This document shows, piece by piece, positions 9,579 to 19,954 of a stretch of DNA of 64,000 nt. Origin of the DNA: a virus. Its lineage: Duplodnaviria; Caudoviricetes. Position 1 is the stretch's first letter. The number at the start of each line of letters is the position of its first letter. Location of the stretch: IMG/VR virus record IMGVR_UViG_3300004369_000013, positions 1,386 through 65,385 of that record. One strand, 5' to 3'. The position numbers and the translations under genes were made by a program. The notes under the pieces are model-generated. The model worked only from the letters and a program-made list of their open reading frames with translations, had not been told where the DNA came from and searched no databases.

Positions 9579-10581
9579 TTAACTTAGACTTAATTGATTC
9601 TTGCAAGTCAAGATCCTCTCTAACACGATTAACAAATGCTTCCTTGCCTTGGACTTTTGTGCCATCGGGAAGTATGTACCAGGCTCCTGTGCGCTCTACG
9701 ATACCGTTTAGTTCTGCTGTAGTAACCAGGTCGCCAATGGTGTCAAGACCAATATTGTCACCTCTGAAGTAAAAATCATACTCACCAGACTGGAACCCTG
9801 GAGAGGTTTTAGAGAACTGGAGTTCCCATTTAATAGTTCTACCAATTTTTTCTTCAATTAACTTATCTCCTACCTTAATTTTTCCTTTAATTGCTTGGTT
9901 ATCTGACTCGGAACTAAATAACTTAATTATGCAAGAAGAATAAAATTTAGTGGCCTGACCACCAGAAGGCTGCTGGCTAGTGTACATAGCATTAATATTA
10001 TTACGAGACTGACTAATAAGAACAAGTAGGGTAGGCTTAACTTTGTTGTTAGCATAATTAAGCATTTTCCATGCGTTACTAAAGTCACGGGACTCTGCTC
10101 CAATTTGTTTTGTATTTTCCAAAGCCTTCATTTCATCAGTGTCTTTCTCAAAATAAATGGCAGGAAGCATTGATGTAATGGAGTCTATTACAATTAAATC
10201 AACCCCAGCATTCATTAGTCCGACACCAACATCTACCATATCGCTAATAGTTCTTGCTTGTGAGTAGATTAGTTTTTCTGGATCTACCCCCATCCGTCTG
10301 GCCCAATCTTCTGAGTATGACATTTCTGAATCAATCCAGGCACACAGTTTTCCTTCTGCCTGTGCTAAGGCAATCATTTGAAGGCACATAGAAGACTTTG
10401 CAGAAGACTTGGAGCCCCAGATAAGCACTTGTCTGCCATATGGAAGACCACCACCCAGTGCACGGTTTAAACCAAAACTAGGAGTAGGTTGATATTCGTA
10501 GTTAACTCCTACGCCACTTCCTAATCTTTTTCTTAACTTAGGGTCTAACTGTGCTAACGCTTCTTCTATACTAACTGACAT
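9571..10581 (-). CDS. recA: RecA-like recombinase
   Basis: ALGGGLPYGR, variant Walker A GSKSSAKS, IDSE, VIDS, GGQATKFYSS, GAWY; GGAGG before ATG at 10581. Confidence 0.92.
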   Translation of the reverse strand: MSVSIEEALAQLDPKLRKRLGSGVGVNYEYQPTPSFGLNRALGGGLPYGRQVLIWGSKSSAKSSMCLQMIALAQAEGKLCAWIDSEMSYSEDWARRMGVDPEKLIYSQARTISDMVDVGVGLMNAGVDLIVIDSITSMLPAIYFEKDTDEMKALENTKQIGAESRDFSNAWKMLNYANNKVKPTLLVLISQSRNNINAMYTSQQPSGGQATKFYSSCIIKLFSSESDNQAIKGKIKVGDKLIEEKIGRTIKWELQFSKTSPGFQSGEYDFYFRGDNIGLDTIGDLVTTAELNGIVERTGAWYILPDGTKVQGKEAFVNRVREDLDLQESIKSKLNE

Positions 10582-13500
10582 GTACATCCTCCAATGTTAC
10601 AGTTCCGTCTTTAGTTTTGCCAAAATTAAACTTATAATATTTGCCCTCTTGAATATGCATGTATGCTTTTGGAAAAGAAGTTGGAAATACTAAAATTGAA
10701 TGAAGATCTCTTTTCGTATCTGCCAGAGTGAGCGAAGCCATTTTTTTTCCAGTCTTAGTAACCCTAGGCTTAAAGGAAACTACAAACATTTCATCATCTT
10801 TAAATGGCAATTGCTTGTATCCTAAAAACTTAACAAGAGCATGCGATGATTCTTTTATTTCTTCAGACGGTATGAAAGATACAATCCGATTATCGCTACA
10901 AAGAACCAAATAAGAGCGACCTGTCTCAATAGTTGTATTTTCATCGTCAAATATACCCACAGACCCAGTTTTGTCCAAAATTTCAACTCGTGACCATCCT
11001 TTTCCTCTTTTAATTGCCTTAGCCATTCCCAATAAAATAAATGCACCCTTTTCTTCAAAGTCACAAACGTCTTGAATAAAAGCATAGTAGTGTGAGGGAA
11101 TTGAAAGATTAAACTCTGGAAGATTTAAATACTCATAAATGTTTTCTTTAATTTCTAAATCATTTCTAGGATTATCTGGAAAAGTTGCAGCCCCTACTAA
11201 TCTCATTGACGATAAAGCACGACTGTTAACACCATTACCTTTTGTAAAAGTAAAATCTTCAAGTTCTTTATAAGATTTAAACGGTCTTGCTGCAATATAC
11301 TTGTTTGCAATATTGCTAGATATGTATTTAATTCCAGTCAACCCAAACCTTATGCCTTTACCTTCAATCTTAAAATCTAGATCAGAATCATTAATATGTG
11401 GGAGTTTGATTGATATACCCATACGTTTTGCTTCAATCAAATATTCTGTGCGTCCATCTTTATCTTTTTCGTTTTTAAGAAGGGCAAACATAAATTCAAG
11501 CGGATAATAATACTTTAACCACGCCGTCCAATATGAGAGCGTAGAATAAGCAACCGCATGACTTTTGTTGAACGAATATCCCGCATGCGCTTCAAAGTCC
11601 TGCCATAAATCACGAGCCTGATTGGGAGTAATATAGGCAGAAGCACCAGCAATAAAACGTTCTTTGTAGATATCAAATTCTTTAGCATCCTTCTTTTTTC
11701 CAATAATTTTTCTAACCTTGTCTGCTTCAGACATGGACATTTGCCCAAGGTGTACGCATGCCTGCATGACTTGCTCTTGATAAAGAATGCAACCATAGGT
11801 GTCCTCCGTATAGGGTTTTAATATCTGGTGTAAATAGGATACAGCCTGTTTTCCATGTTTACGGTCAACATAGTCCTTTCCAATAGTATTCATGGCACCT
11901 GGACGAACAAGGGCATTAGATGCTGCAAGTTCATCAAAGTTCTTTACGCCCATTTTAACCAATAGGTTTGTATACGGTGTTGCTTCACATTGGAATACAC
12001 CCTTTGTATACCCGTCCGAGAGCATCTCGTAAACTTTTGCATCTGCTAAGTCTAAAGATAGTAGATCTATTTCTTTGTAATGATTTTCCTTTATCATTGC
12101 AACTGCATCCTGAATAACACTTAATGTTTTTAAGCCAAGTGCATCAATTTTAATTAAACCAATCTTTTCGGCCTCTTGCATATCAACACCAACCACAGGT
12201 ATGCGACTGTCTGATCCAGGAGAGGAGCGAGTTTCTAGTGGTGCATACCTAAAGATTGGGTCCTTACTAGTGACCACGCCAGCAGCATGAATACCAGTGC
12301 CCCTAATACGGCCTCGCAATTGCTCTCCGTAAACTTCTACCTCTGGATACTTTTCTCTAAACCATTCTGTGGTTTTTGATCTACAAAAATCATCCCAGGT
12401 GTCAACTAACTTTAAAACTTTATTAACATCTGTTAGTGGAATGTCCAATATTCTTGCAACATCTCTTACCACGCCTTTGTCTTTAAACTCCATAAAGGTT
12501 GCAATAGAAGCAACGTGTCTGTATTGTCTAACCAAATAGTCTTTTACTTCATCTCGGCGAGTATCTTGAATGTCTGTATCAATATCTGGAAAGTCATTAC
12601 GCTCTGGATTAATAAAACGGAAAAACAGCAAGCCGTGCTTTATTGGATCAATTGTGGTGATGCCAAGTAAATAACAAACCAAAGAGCCAGCAGATGACCC
12701 ACGACCTGGACCTACAAGGATTCCTTCTTTCTTTGCCCAATTAATCATATTGCTTACCACAAGAAAATATGATGCAAACTTTTTATCACGAATAATTTCT
12801 AGTTCTTCATTAAGCCTTTGCTCATAGACATCATTCCCAATCCAACTGTTTGTAAGTTTTTTTTCTTCAAGTCCTGCGAATGCTAGGCTTGATAACTCTT
12901 TATCTGGATTTTTATATTGAACTGGAAGAAGATTTAAACCATCTTGAATGTTATATTCTTCTACTGTATCTGCTAACAGTAAGGTATTTGAGTAAATGTC
13001 TTCTCTATCAATACCCTGTTTTTGCATGGCAGCCTTTATCTCATCATAAGACAAAAGATGAATATCAAATTTGTTAAAAGTAATATCCCTGTTTTCGCCA
13101 TAAAGGTAGTCAAGTCTGTCCATCATAGAAGAATGCTTTTTGGATTTTGCATAAGTTGTGTCTTTTTGAACTTTAGTATGTGTATTTAATAATAACTTAA
13201 ATTCTTGAACTTCTCTTTGAGATGTGTCTGAGTGATGGCAGTCTGGAGTTACAACAGCCTTTATATCAAACTCATCTGCAAGTTCAAGTAAATATTTATT
13301 TATTTCGGGGGTATTGTGTGGCATAACCTCAATGTAATAATCAACACCAAAATTATCTTTAAACCATTTAATGTGTTTTTTTGCAATTGCAAACTCTTGC
13401 TCTTCTAATGCTTTAACAAGAACGCTACTTGGACAAGCAGATGTAACAATAATACCTTCTTTGTATTTTTCTAATATTGCAAAGTCAAATCTTGGCTTTT

Positions 13501-13858
13501 TAAAAAATCCATCAGTCCATGCAATCTCGCTAATCTTATTAAGATTTTCCAAACCTTTTTGGTTCTTGGCTAGAAGGATAATGTGGTTGTAGACAAGATC
13601 TTGTTGACCTTCTCTTTCAGACTTATCTCGTGTATCAGATATGTCTGCACACATGTATCCTTCTAGACCTAGAATTGGCTTAATGCCCTTTGCTTTTGCA
13701 ATACGGTGCAGTTCCCTATGCCCAGATAAAGTACCGTGGTCGGTGATAGCAATTGCTGGCATCCCCAACTCAACTGCACGGTTCACGTATTCTTCTGGAG
13801 TAGCAATCCCATCAAACAAACTAAAATGGGTGTGGACATGTAAGCCTACGTAGTTCAT
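10571..13858 (-). CDS. dnaE: DNA polymerase III alpha subunit (family C)
   Basis: PHP domain HVHTHFS, TDHG; GPGRGSSAGS, PDIDTD, GIHAAG, KIDALGL, FNKSHA. Confidence 0.96.
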   Translation of the reverse strand: MNYVGLHVHTHFSLFDGIATPEEYVNRAVELGMPAIAITDHGTLSGHRELHRIAKAKGIKPILGLEGYMCADISDTRDKSEREGQQDLVYNHIILLAKNQKGLENLNKISEIAWTDGFFKKPRFDFAILEKYKEGIIVTSACPSSVLVKALEEQEFAIAKKHIKWFKDNFGVDYYIEVMPHNTPEINKYLLELADEFDIKAVVTPDCHHSDTSQREVQEFKLLLNTHTKVQKDTTYAKSKKHSSMMDRLDYLYGENRDITFNKFDIHLLSYDEIKAAMQKQGIDREDIYSNTLLLADTVEEYNIQDGLNLLPVQYKNPDKELSSLAFAGLEEKKLTNSWIGNDVYEQRLNEELEIIRDKKFASYFLVVSNMINWAKKEGILVGPGRGSSAGSLVCYLLGITTIDPIKHGLLFFRFINPERNDFPDIDTDIQDTRRDEVKDYLVRQYRHVASIATFMEFKDKGVVRDVARILDIPLTDVNKVLKLVDTWDDFCRSKTTEWFREKYPEVEVYGEQLRGRIRGTGIHAAGVVTSKDPIFRYAPLETRSSPGSDSRIPVVGVDMQEAEKIGLIKIDALGLKTLSVIQDAVAMIKENHYKEIDLLSLDLADAKVYEMLSDGYTKGVFQCEATPYTNLLVKMGVKNFDELAASNALVRPGAMNTIGKDYVDRKHGKQAVSYLHQILKPYTEDTYGCILYQEQVMQACVHLGQMSMSEADKVRKIIGKKKDAKEFDIYKERFIAGASAYITPNQARDLWQDFEAHAGYSFNKSHAVAYSTLSYWTAWLKYYYPLEFMFALLKNEKDKDGRTEYLIEAKRMGISIKLPHINDSDLDFKIEGKGIRFGLTGIKYISSNIANKYIAARPFKSYKELEDFTFTKGNGVNSRALSSMRLVGAATFPDNPRNDLEIKENIYEYLNLPEFNLSIPSHYYAFIQDVCDFEEKGAFILLGMAKAIKRGKGWSRVEILDKTGSVGIFDDENTTIETGRSYLVLCSDNRIVSFIPSEEIKESSHALVKFLGYKQLPFKDDEMFVVSFKPRVTKTGKKMASLTLADTKRDLHSILVFPTSFPKAYMHIQEGKYYKFNFGKTKDGTVTLEDVHVS

Positions 13859-13859
13859 C

Positions 13860-14516
13860 TTACCAATCAGCGTTGGTAGCAGATGAAGATGTTGGACCGT
13901 CAAAACCTAAGTAAAATGCTTCCTGTTCAGCGTAAGGAATTTTCCTTAGCGCTAATTCAAGAGGATAAGGCTTGTGTGCTGACCAGTCAAATGGCTCTGC
14001 GTCTGGCGCTCCAGGAATAGTTGTGTAACTTGTCTCAGTTCCCTGGCCATTACGTTTTACTTTCCAGACTACGTTTGAAATGCTTCCTGTTTCAAGAGCA
14101 TACTCACGGATTGTATTAAATGCTGATTGCTTACTTACACCCATTGACCAGATAGCCACGTAAGGTGGTTCAATGCCATCGTCAACTAGAACATTGCAAT
14201 AGAAACGAAGACGTGCTCTCCAGCCAGCCTTTGGATCTTTACGGTGCATTTCTTCTGCCCAGTCACGACCTTCTGATTCCATTGTATCTACAGCCTTACG
14301 CTTATAGTCCTTTGGATTTGTGTGTTCTTTAACAACTAGTGCAAGACCACGTTCTGCATTATAATTTGCAGAGTCTTCATCTAGTTCCTCAACGAAACGA
14401 ATTTTTGCGGATTGGCCATCGGCAAGTTTTAACCATCTCACCTTTGGCGAATTTTCATCATACTTTGGCTTGTCAACTAGGGCATTAATATTTTTTAGTC
14501 CCTTTACAATAGTCAT
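13860..14516 (-). CDS. Single-stranded DNA-binding protein (gp32-like)
   Basis: Between primase and polymerase; LADGQSAKIRF and KRNGQGTETSY; C-terminus ends ADW. Confidence 0.65.
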   Translation of the reverse strand: MTIVKGLKNINALVDKPKYDENSPKVRWLKLADGQSAKIRFVEELDEDSANYNAERGLALVVKEHTNPKDYKRKAVDTMESEGRDWAEEMHRKDPKAGWRARLRFYCNVLVDDGIEPPYVAIWSMGVSKQSAFNTIREYALETGSISNVVWKVKRNGQGTETSYTTIPGAPDAEPFDWSAHKPYPLELALRKIPYAEQEAFYLGFDGPTSSSATNADW

Positions 14517-14544
14517 ATTATTTTTTCTCCTTTTGTTATTGATT

Positions 14545-15477
14545 TTATTTTAGCATACCAACGATAGAATTGTCAAACTTAAACTCAAGTTTTTTAATTG
14601 CCTCATCGTCCATATCGCCTATATCTTTATATTTTTTATCTATATATACGGGAGTTACAACTGGACCAAGTTTTTCAATTAACTTATCTTTCATTATTAC
14701 TCCTGCATCATCGTTATCTGCAATCAAAACAATGCCATTAAAATACTTCTCTAATAGCCTAATTTGCGCTGCAGAAACATTAGCCCCCAACGTAGCCACG
14801 GCGGGGAATCCCACTTGATCTAGTCTAATTGCATCAAACGATGACTCCACTAAGTATACTACGTTTGATGTTTTTACTCTGTGTAAATTAAAAAGAGTTT
14901 TTCCTTTTGGTAATCCTGGAGTATTTTTAAACTCTTTGCCCTCAACAGTTCTAGCAACAAACCCTATACACACTCCATCTGGTGAGTGTACTGGAACTGT
15001 TACGGAGTCTTGTCTTTCAGAATACCCAAGCACAAACTTTTCTATTGATTTTTTTGTTATTTGTCTTCCTTCAAAATACCTGAGTGCTCTTGGAGACTCT
15101 AATGCTTGATTGTTTAATCTTTTAATTAGCAATTGATCATATTGAACAAACTCTGGTTTATCTATTAGTGCTTTATTTATAGAGTCCTCAATATTTGTTT
15201 TCTGCTCTTTACTTTTAATATATCTTATTGCCTCAAAGTATGTCCTATTAGATATATACATTACAAACTCAACAAGAGTTTTTGTGGTTTGACATCCAAA
15301 GCAAAAGAACAGCCCAGATTCTTTTGAAACTTCTCCAGCAGGTGTTCTATTATTATTATGATAAGGACAAAAGATTATATAGTCAGTACCATACTCTGCT
15401 TCTATGTCTATTCCTGCGCCAGTCAGTACCCTGTTTATTTGCTGCGCTGAATAAATATCTCTACTGTTTGTCTTCAT
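14545..15477 (-). CDS. dnaG: DNA primase
   Basis: CHC2 zinc finger CPYH...CFGC; Toprim VESSFD and DNDDAG; start approximate. Confidence 0.9.
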   Translation of the reverse strand: MKTNSRDIYSAQQINRVLTGAGIDIEAEYGTDYIIFCPYHNNNRTPAGEVSKESGLFFCFGCQTTKTLVEFVMYISNRTYFEAIRYIKSKEQKTNIEDSINKALIDKPEFVQYDQLLIKRLNNQALESPRALRYFEGRQITKKSIEKFVLGYSERQDSVTVPVHSPDGVCIGFVARTVEGKEFKNTPGLPKGKTLFNLHRVKTSNVVYLVESSFDAIRLDQVGFPAVATLGANVSAAQIRLLEKYFNGIVLIADNDDAGVIMKDKLIEKLGPVVTPVYIDKKYKDIGDMDDEAIKKLEFKFDNSIVGMLK

Positions 15478-16684
15478 AGTCCTTGTATCTGTAATAACCT
15501 TTGTCAAAGTCTACCTGTACTAAAAAATCACCCATAAAACCATTTCTATTTTTTCTAAATACGCATTCAATAATATCACTATTTGTAGCACGACCAAGTG
15601 CCATGACCCAGTCAGCATCATATGCAATCTGTCTAGACCACGCTGTTTGCCCCAAAGTCGGAGGTGTAGAGAGATCTTTGACATCATCTGGGGTAGCAGA
15701 AGAAATGGCCATAATAGGAACCTCTTCACTAATAGCCATAAGTTTAAGTTCTCTTGAAAGATTCTTCATTCTTACCGTTTCATTGTCAGACTTCTGGTTT
15801 GGACTCATAAGTTGTAAGTAGTCAACAATAACAAAATCTGGTTTGTATTGATCAATCTTTCCACGTATAACAGAAGGGGTTATATCTCCGCCATTGTCAT
15901 TTGATATGATATGAAATTCTGGTTTTCCTGCTAATTTTTGAGCATGCCATTTTTTAAGCATATCAATTTCTACTTCACCATTACTAAGTTTACGGTGAGA
16001 CCAAAGTCCTTCGCCCATAATTGCAAACACACGATTACGAACTTCTGTTTCAGACATTTCAAGACTTATGATAAGTGGACTACGACCCTGCTTCCATGCT
16101 TGTACTGCAAAATATAAAGCAAGCCAAGACTTTCCAATACCTGGATACGCTAAGAAAACGCCAAGTTGCCCTGGCATGATTCCAGAAGGCAGGTAATTGT
16201 CAAACCCTGGAAGCCCTGTTTTAATTCCAACATGCCCAAGGGCTTGCATCTTCTTTACATTTTCAAAGTACGCAACGGCTGAATCTAAATCTGTAACTTC
16301 AATATCTCTAATTGCAGATGTATTCTTTTTTAGTTCAGATGTTTTTGTGATTAACTGCTCAAGAGCGTTAGAACCATTTCCTACTTGAACTTCGGATGCT
16401 GCATTACGTAAAATATCTTTTAGGCTATCAGTTAGGTACTCTGACTGTAATTCTTCAAGATGATGCTTTGTTGACCCTACACCATCTACCGTAGCAAAGT
16501 CTCTAAATTTTTCTACTACTAAAGACATTGGAGGAACTGACTGATTATTTTCTGAATACAGCCTAATAAAATTCCATACATCGTTGTGCGTTCTTAAAAG
16601 ATTTTCAACATTGGCCTGCAATAAAACATGGATTTGCCTATCATTAAGCACTGCTGTGATTAACTTTGCCTCTGTGTTATTCAC
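15461..16684 (-). CDS. dnaB: Replicative DnaB-like helicase
   Basis: AYPGIGKS, SLEM, VDYLQLM, QIAYDAD, KNRNG. Confidence 0.93.
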   Translation of the reverse strand: MNNTEAKLITAVLNDRQIHVLLQANVENLLRTHNDVWNFIRLYSENNQSVPPMSLVVEKFRDFATVDGVGSTKHHLEELQSEYLTDSLKDILRNAASEVQVGNGSNALEQLITKTSELKKNTSAIRDIEVTDLDSAVAYFENVKKMQALGHVGIKTGLPGFDNYLPSGIMPGQLGVFLAYPGIGKSWLALYFAVQAWKQGRSPLIISLEMSETEVRNRVFAIMGEGLWSHRKLSNGEVEIDMLKKWHAQKLAGKPEFHIISNDNGGDITPSVIRGKIDQYKPDFVIVDYLQLMSPNQKSDNETVRMKNLSRELKLMAISEEVPIMAISSATPDDVKDLSTPPTLGQTAWSRQIAYDADWVMALGRATNSDIIECVFRKNRNGFMGDFLVQVDFDKGYYRYKDYEDKQ

Positions 16685-16985
16685 TCAGCCACTCCTTTGC
16701 TTTTTTTCTTAATGCTGCTCTTTGCTTGATATCTTCTTCTACTTCTAGTTTACCATTAAGAATTTTTTCTGCATTGTAAGCAAAATAATTCCATTTAGGA
16801 TCTTGGGAAATACTAAAATAATACTCTAATAGATCATAGCATTGTGATAGACCGTAGGACTCAACAAGTGCATCAGCAGCCCATTGCTCTACATTAAGGT
16901 TCATGTTAGACTTTTGCTCATACCTTTGCAGGTAAAATTTATTAAATCTGCTGAGCAAGGCCATTCGGTCTTTGCGGTCAGCCAT
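16677..16985 (-). CDS. Hypothetical protein next to the helicase
   Basis: 102-aa ORF overlapping the dnaB start. Confidence 0.7.
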   Translation of the reverse strand: MADRKDRMALLSRFNKFYLQRYEQKSNMNLNVEQWAADALVESYGLSQCYDLLEYYFSISQDPKWNYFAYNAEKILNGKLEVEEDIKQRAALRKKAKEWLSE

Positions 16986-17200
16986 TACTCTTTACTATCG
17001 GACTCTGCTTCTGCCTCTTTGACCTTTTCTGTTAATTTGTCTTCAACAAATTTATACACTCTTTCAAAGGCCTGCTCTGTATTTTCACCATCACGCTTTG
17101 AGTCAACTATGCCAAAGTCAAATCTTAATGACTGAAAATTACCTAGATTAAGGGTATATCCAATCGCCACTGATATTTTTGTATTTTCGTTTTCCATCAT
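16985..17200 (-). CDS. Hypothetical protein
   Basis: GYTLNLGNFQSLRFD; GGTGGGG RBS. Confidence 0.7.
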   Translation of the reverse strand: MMENENTKISVAIGYTLNLGNFQSLRFDFGIVDSKRDGENTEQAFERVYKFVEDKLTEKVKEAEAESDSKE

Positions 17201-17217
17201 CCCCACCATTTCTATTG

Positions 17218-17760
17218 CTAAATATTTTCTGCCCAAACAGGAATGAATCTACCATCCTCTGTCTTTGTATATGTAAGTATACCGTCGCCCATTCGCCTTG
17301 TCAATTCTTGGCTTGTAGGAGTCATATTATTTGTTATAAGCCCATCTTTTCTTGGTTGTCCTATATGTATAGTAGCCAGTATAGCACGAATGTCCCTGAC
17401 CATGCTTTCTGAATAATAGGATCTAATTTGCCAACCTCTTTCACCGTTTAGCCTTGCACCAATTGGAGGCGGAATCATTCCAGTTTTAATTAGTTTAGGC
17501 ATATACTTTCTATGACGATTAATTAATTTAGCAGTCTCTGTGACAGTATAGGCTCTTTCTCTATTTTTTCTAAAATCTGAACGCAAACAAGTTTCAAGCC
17601 TATCTTTAGTTATATTATAAAACGAAACCATTCCAGTAGATCGTGAACTATGATGAATTCTTACAAGGTCATTATTTAGAAACCATATTTTTTGATTTCC
17701 TTTTATTACAGTTTCGTTATTGTAAATTTCGCCCTGTATAATTCCTTTGCTAGTAACCAT
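17218..17760 (-). CDS. MerR-like HTH DNA-binding protein
   Basis: AYTVTETAKLINRHR...GMIPPP...RSYYSE. Confidence 0.65.
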   Translation of the reverse strand: MVTSKGIIQGEIYNNETVIKGNQKIWFLNNDLVRIHHSSRSTGMVSFYNITKDRLETCLRSDFRKNRERAYTVTETAKLINRHRKYMPKLIKTGMIPPPIGARLNGERGWQIRSYYSESMVRDIRAILATIHIGQPRKDGLITNNMTPTSQELTRRMGDGILTYTKTEDGRFIPVWAENI

Positions 17761-17897
17761 CTTCCCTCTTCGCTTTCTGCTGGCGGATGAAAAAACTTTC
17801 TCAGCCCACACACAATACAATAAGTCTCTATATGTTGAATGCTGCTATACTGTCTGTCAATAAAGGTTTTACCTTTGCACTTTTTACAAAAAATCAT
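17706..17897 (-). CDS. Small zinc-ribbon protein
   Basis: CKKC...CIVC. Confidence 0.6.
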   Translation of the reverse strand: MIFCKKCKGKTFIDRQYSSIQHIETYCIVCGLRKFFHPPAESEEGRWLLAKELYRAKFTITKL

Positions 17898-17910
17898 TAT
17901 TTTTTTATTC

Positions 17911-18351
17911 TTAGTTTGGAATTCCAACAATAATTAAGTGCACTGCTAAAGATAGATCGCCAGAGGCACCGAACCTTACAATGCCCTCAACCCTTGTCTC
18001 AGTAACACTTTTTAAAATAACGTTAACATTTTGTCCCGCTGGAGTTTGTCCAATGTTTACTGGCGTAGCCGAAACAATTGGCGGATATTTAAAGTCTTTA
18101 AAATCGTATGTAAATGTTTTTTCGTTTCCAGCAGATACCGTTGAATTGTTAGCAACTTCAACATAGCCACCAATTATCCTTGAATTAGAAGTTTTAATTT
18201 CTTGTTTTCCAGCACTTACTGTATCTATTACGGTTTTATTTACGGTTGTGGATGCAACCTGTGTTGAAAGATCGTTGACAGCATCAACCAAACTGTATAA
18301 ATATGTAACATCAAGAGGTTGCCCTCTTTCTGGTAGTGGTACCTTAGCCAT
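17911..18351 (-). CDS. Putative minor virion protein
   Basis: Last gene of the tail module; beta-rich C-terminus. Confidence 0.55.
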   Translation of the reverse strand: MAKVPLPERGQPLDVTYLYSLVDAVNDLSTQVASTTVNKTVIDTVSAGKQEIKTSNSRIIGGYVEVANNSTVSAGNEKTFTYDFKDFKYPPIVSATPVNIGQTPAGQNVNVILKSVTETRVEGIVRFGASGDLSLAVHLIIVGIPN

Positions 18352-18368
18352 TGTTTCCTCCTATTTTA

Positions 18369-18794
18369 TTATACCAAAGCCTGTGAGCCAGAGTCGTATA
18401 TCTGAAGGCTTTGACTTAACTGTTTGATAGATGCTTCAATCTGAATTACAACACGAACATTGGTGGTTCCAGTATTTATAAAAGAATATGTATGTATTGG
18501 AGAAGTTCCATGATATACGGGAACTAGCCCATCAAAACCAACGAATATGTCGTATTTAGGTCTATTTTCTTCGTCTCCCCAAACTGCTGTTATGATCGTT
18601 TGTGAAATTTGTAAAGCCCCTGAGACCGCAGTAATCGTGTCACCTAAAACAATATTTATTGGGGACCAGTGCGATACTCTATTTTTATCTTCAGAAATTA
18701 TCCTATACTGAAAGATGTAACCAAGACTATCAAAATCTATTGCTGGAAGAGAAGATTTTTTAATTATTACTTTTTTTATTCCTAAATCAGCCAT
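18369..18794 (-). CDS. Putative minor tail protein
   Basis: Position in the tail module. Confidence 0.55.
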   Translation of the reverse strand: MADLGIKKVIIKKSSLPAIDFDSLGYIFQYRIISEDKNRVSHWSPINIVLGDTITAVSGALQISQTIITAVWGDEENRPKYDIFVGFDGLVPVYHGTSPIHTYSFINTGTTNVRVVIQIEASIKQLSQSLQIYDSGSQALV

Positions 18795-19954
18795 TATGAT
18801 ATTACCCCGCCAGAGACGTCTACAGAAAATCTAAACTCAACATAATTGCTTGTGTTGGGATTTTTAACTATGGTTGATGCATCCTGTGTCTGAATAACAG
18901 AGTAACCTGTTAATCCGTAAAGTGGATTTGTAGTATAAATATTTTCTAATTTTAAAGCGTCTAGTGCCACGTAGTAATCGCTTGATGGATTAACACCATC
19001 AATAACACATGCATATATTTTAACTACAGAAACCACATTCCAATCAAAATCTGAGGTTCTATACAAATCCTGAAGTTGTTTTGTTACAACAAAATATCTT
19101 TCTGTAGCAAAATCATACTCTCCTCCACTGCTATCGTCGGCAACTTCCGCTTCAAGCCTTGCAAATTGTGTTCCACTTGTATTTTCAAATGAAATTAAAA
19201 CTCTAGCCCTTTCTGGCTGAGTTCCATCACCAGTTGTTCCGTCCCTATTTACAATTGAAAATGCCAGCCTTAATTCGTCCAAGGGAGAATTTTTTGTAAA
19301 ATCAACCGTTGCTCCACTCAACTTAATATAATTTGACCCCGCTCCAATTTCAAAAGTATCCTGTGTCGGACCGCTGTCTAATTCAAGATCCAGATCAGCC
19401 TCATCACCTCTTATCATAATAATGTTATTTAAAAATCTTGGCCTTTCATATCTTTCAACTCTTGGTGATTTAAAAAATATTGGATTGTCTGCACTTGTTT
19501 GAAATACTGGATCTGCTACAGCAATAATATTGTCATATTCTGTAGCGTCTAGGGCTTCAGAGTAGGTATCAATTGCTACGGCTGACACATCTGAAACATA
19601 TTGCCAGTTTTCAGTTTCTGTAAAAGCAAAAACGGTCTTGCTGTCATACGCTCCTGCAGACGGGTTAGAACCTGCAGAATATATTCCGATTTCAGATATT
19701 TCGTATCTTTCTTCTGTTGGCAGTTCTGCTGTTAAAACAATTTTATCTACACCATTTTCATTTACAAAACCTCTAGATGATATTGGAACACGAAACATTT
19801 CAAAATCTAAATTTGTTTTTGTAGAATGGTCACCTATTGTGTCTCCAGTTGCTAGCGGAGTAGCGCCACAACCAACAGCAATATATGAAGCATATGCTGG
19901 TGCTTGTCCAAGAAGGTATTTAGCAATAATGGTTTTACCAGTATTAGTAATCAT
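18794..19954 (-). CDS. Putative minor tail/baseplate protein
   Basis: MITNTGK...YIAVGCG...EISEIGIY N-terminal motif; tail module position. Confidence 0.6.
   Translation of the reverse strand: MITNTGKTIIAKYLLGQAPAYASYIAVGCGATPLATGDTIGDHSTKTNLDFEMFRVPISSRGFVNENGVDKIVLTAELPTEERYEISEIGIYSAGSNPSAGAYDSKTVFAFTETENWQYVSDVSAVAIDTYSEALDATEYDNIIAVADPVFQTSADNPIFFKSPRVERYERPRFLNNIIMIRGDEADLDLELDSGPTQDTFEIGAGSNYIKLSGATVDFTKNSPLDELRLAFSIVNRDGTTGDGTQPERARVLISFENTSGTQFARLEAEVADDSSGGEYDFATERYFVVTKQLQDLYRTSDFDWNVVSVVKIYACVIDGVNPSSDYYVALDALKLENIYTTNPLYGLTGYSVIQTQDASTIVKNPNTSNYVEFRFSVDVSGGVIS

Noticed and set aside
10571-13903. Intein or intron in dnaE (also checked terL, dnaB, recA, nrdJ); longer start at 13903
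   Set aside because: Lengths are normal with no splice or homing-endonuclease motifs; the 13903 start overlaps the SSB gene, so ATG 13858 is preferred.
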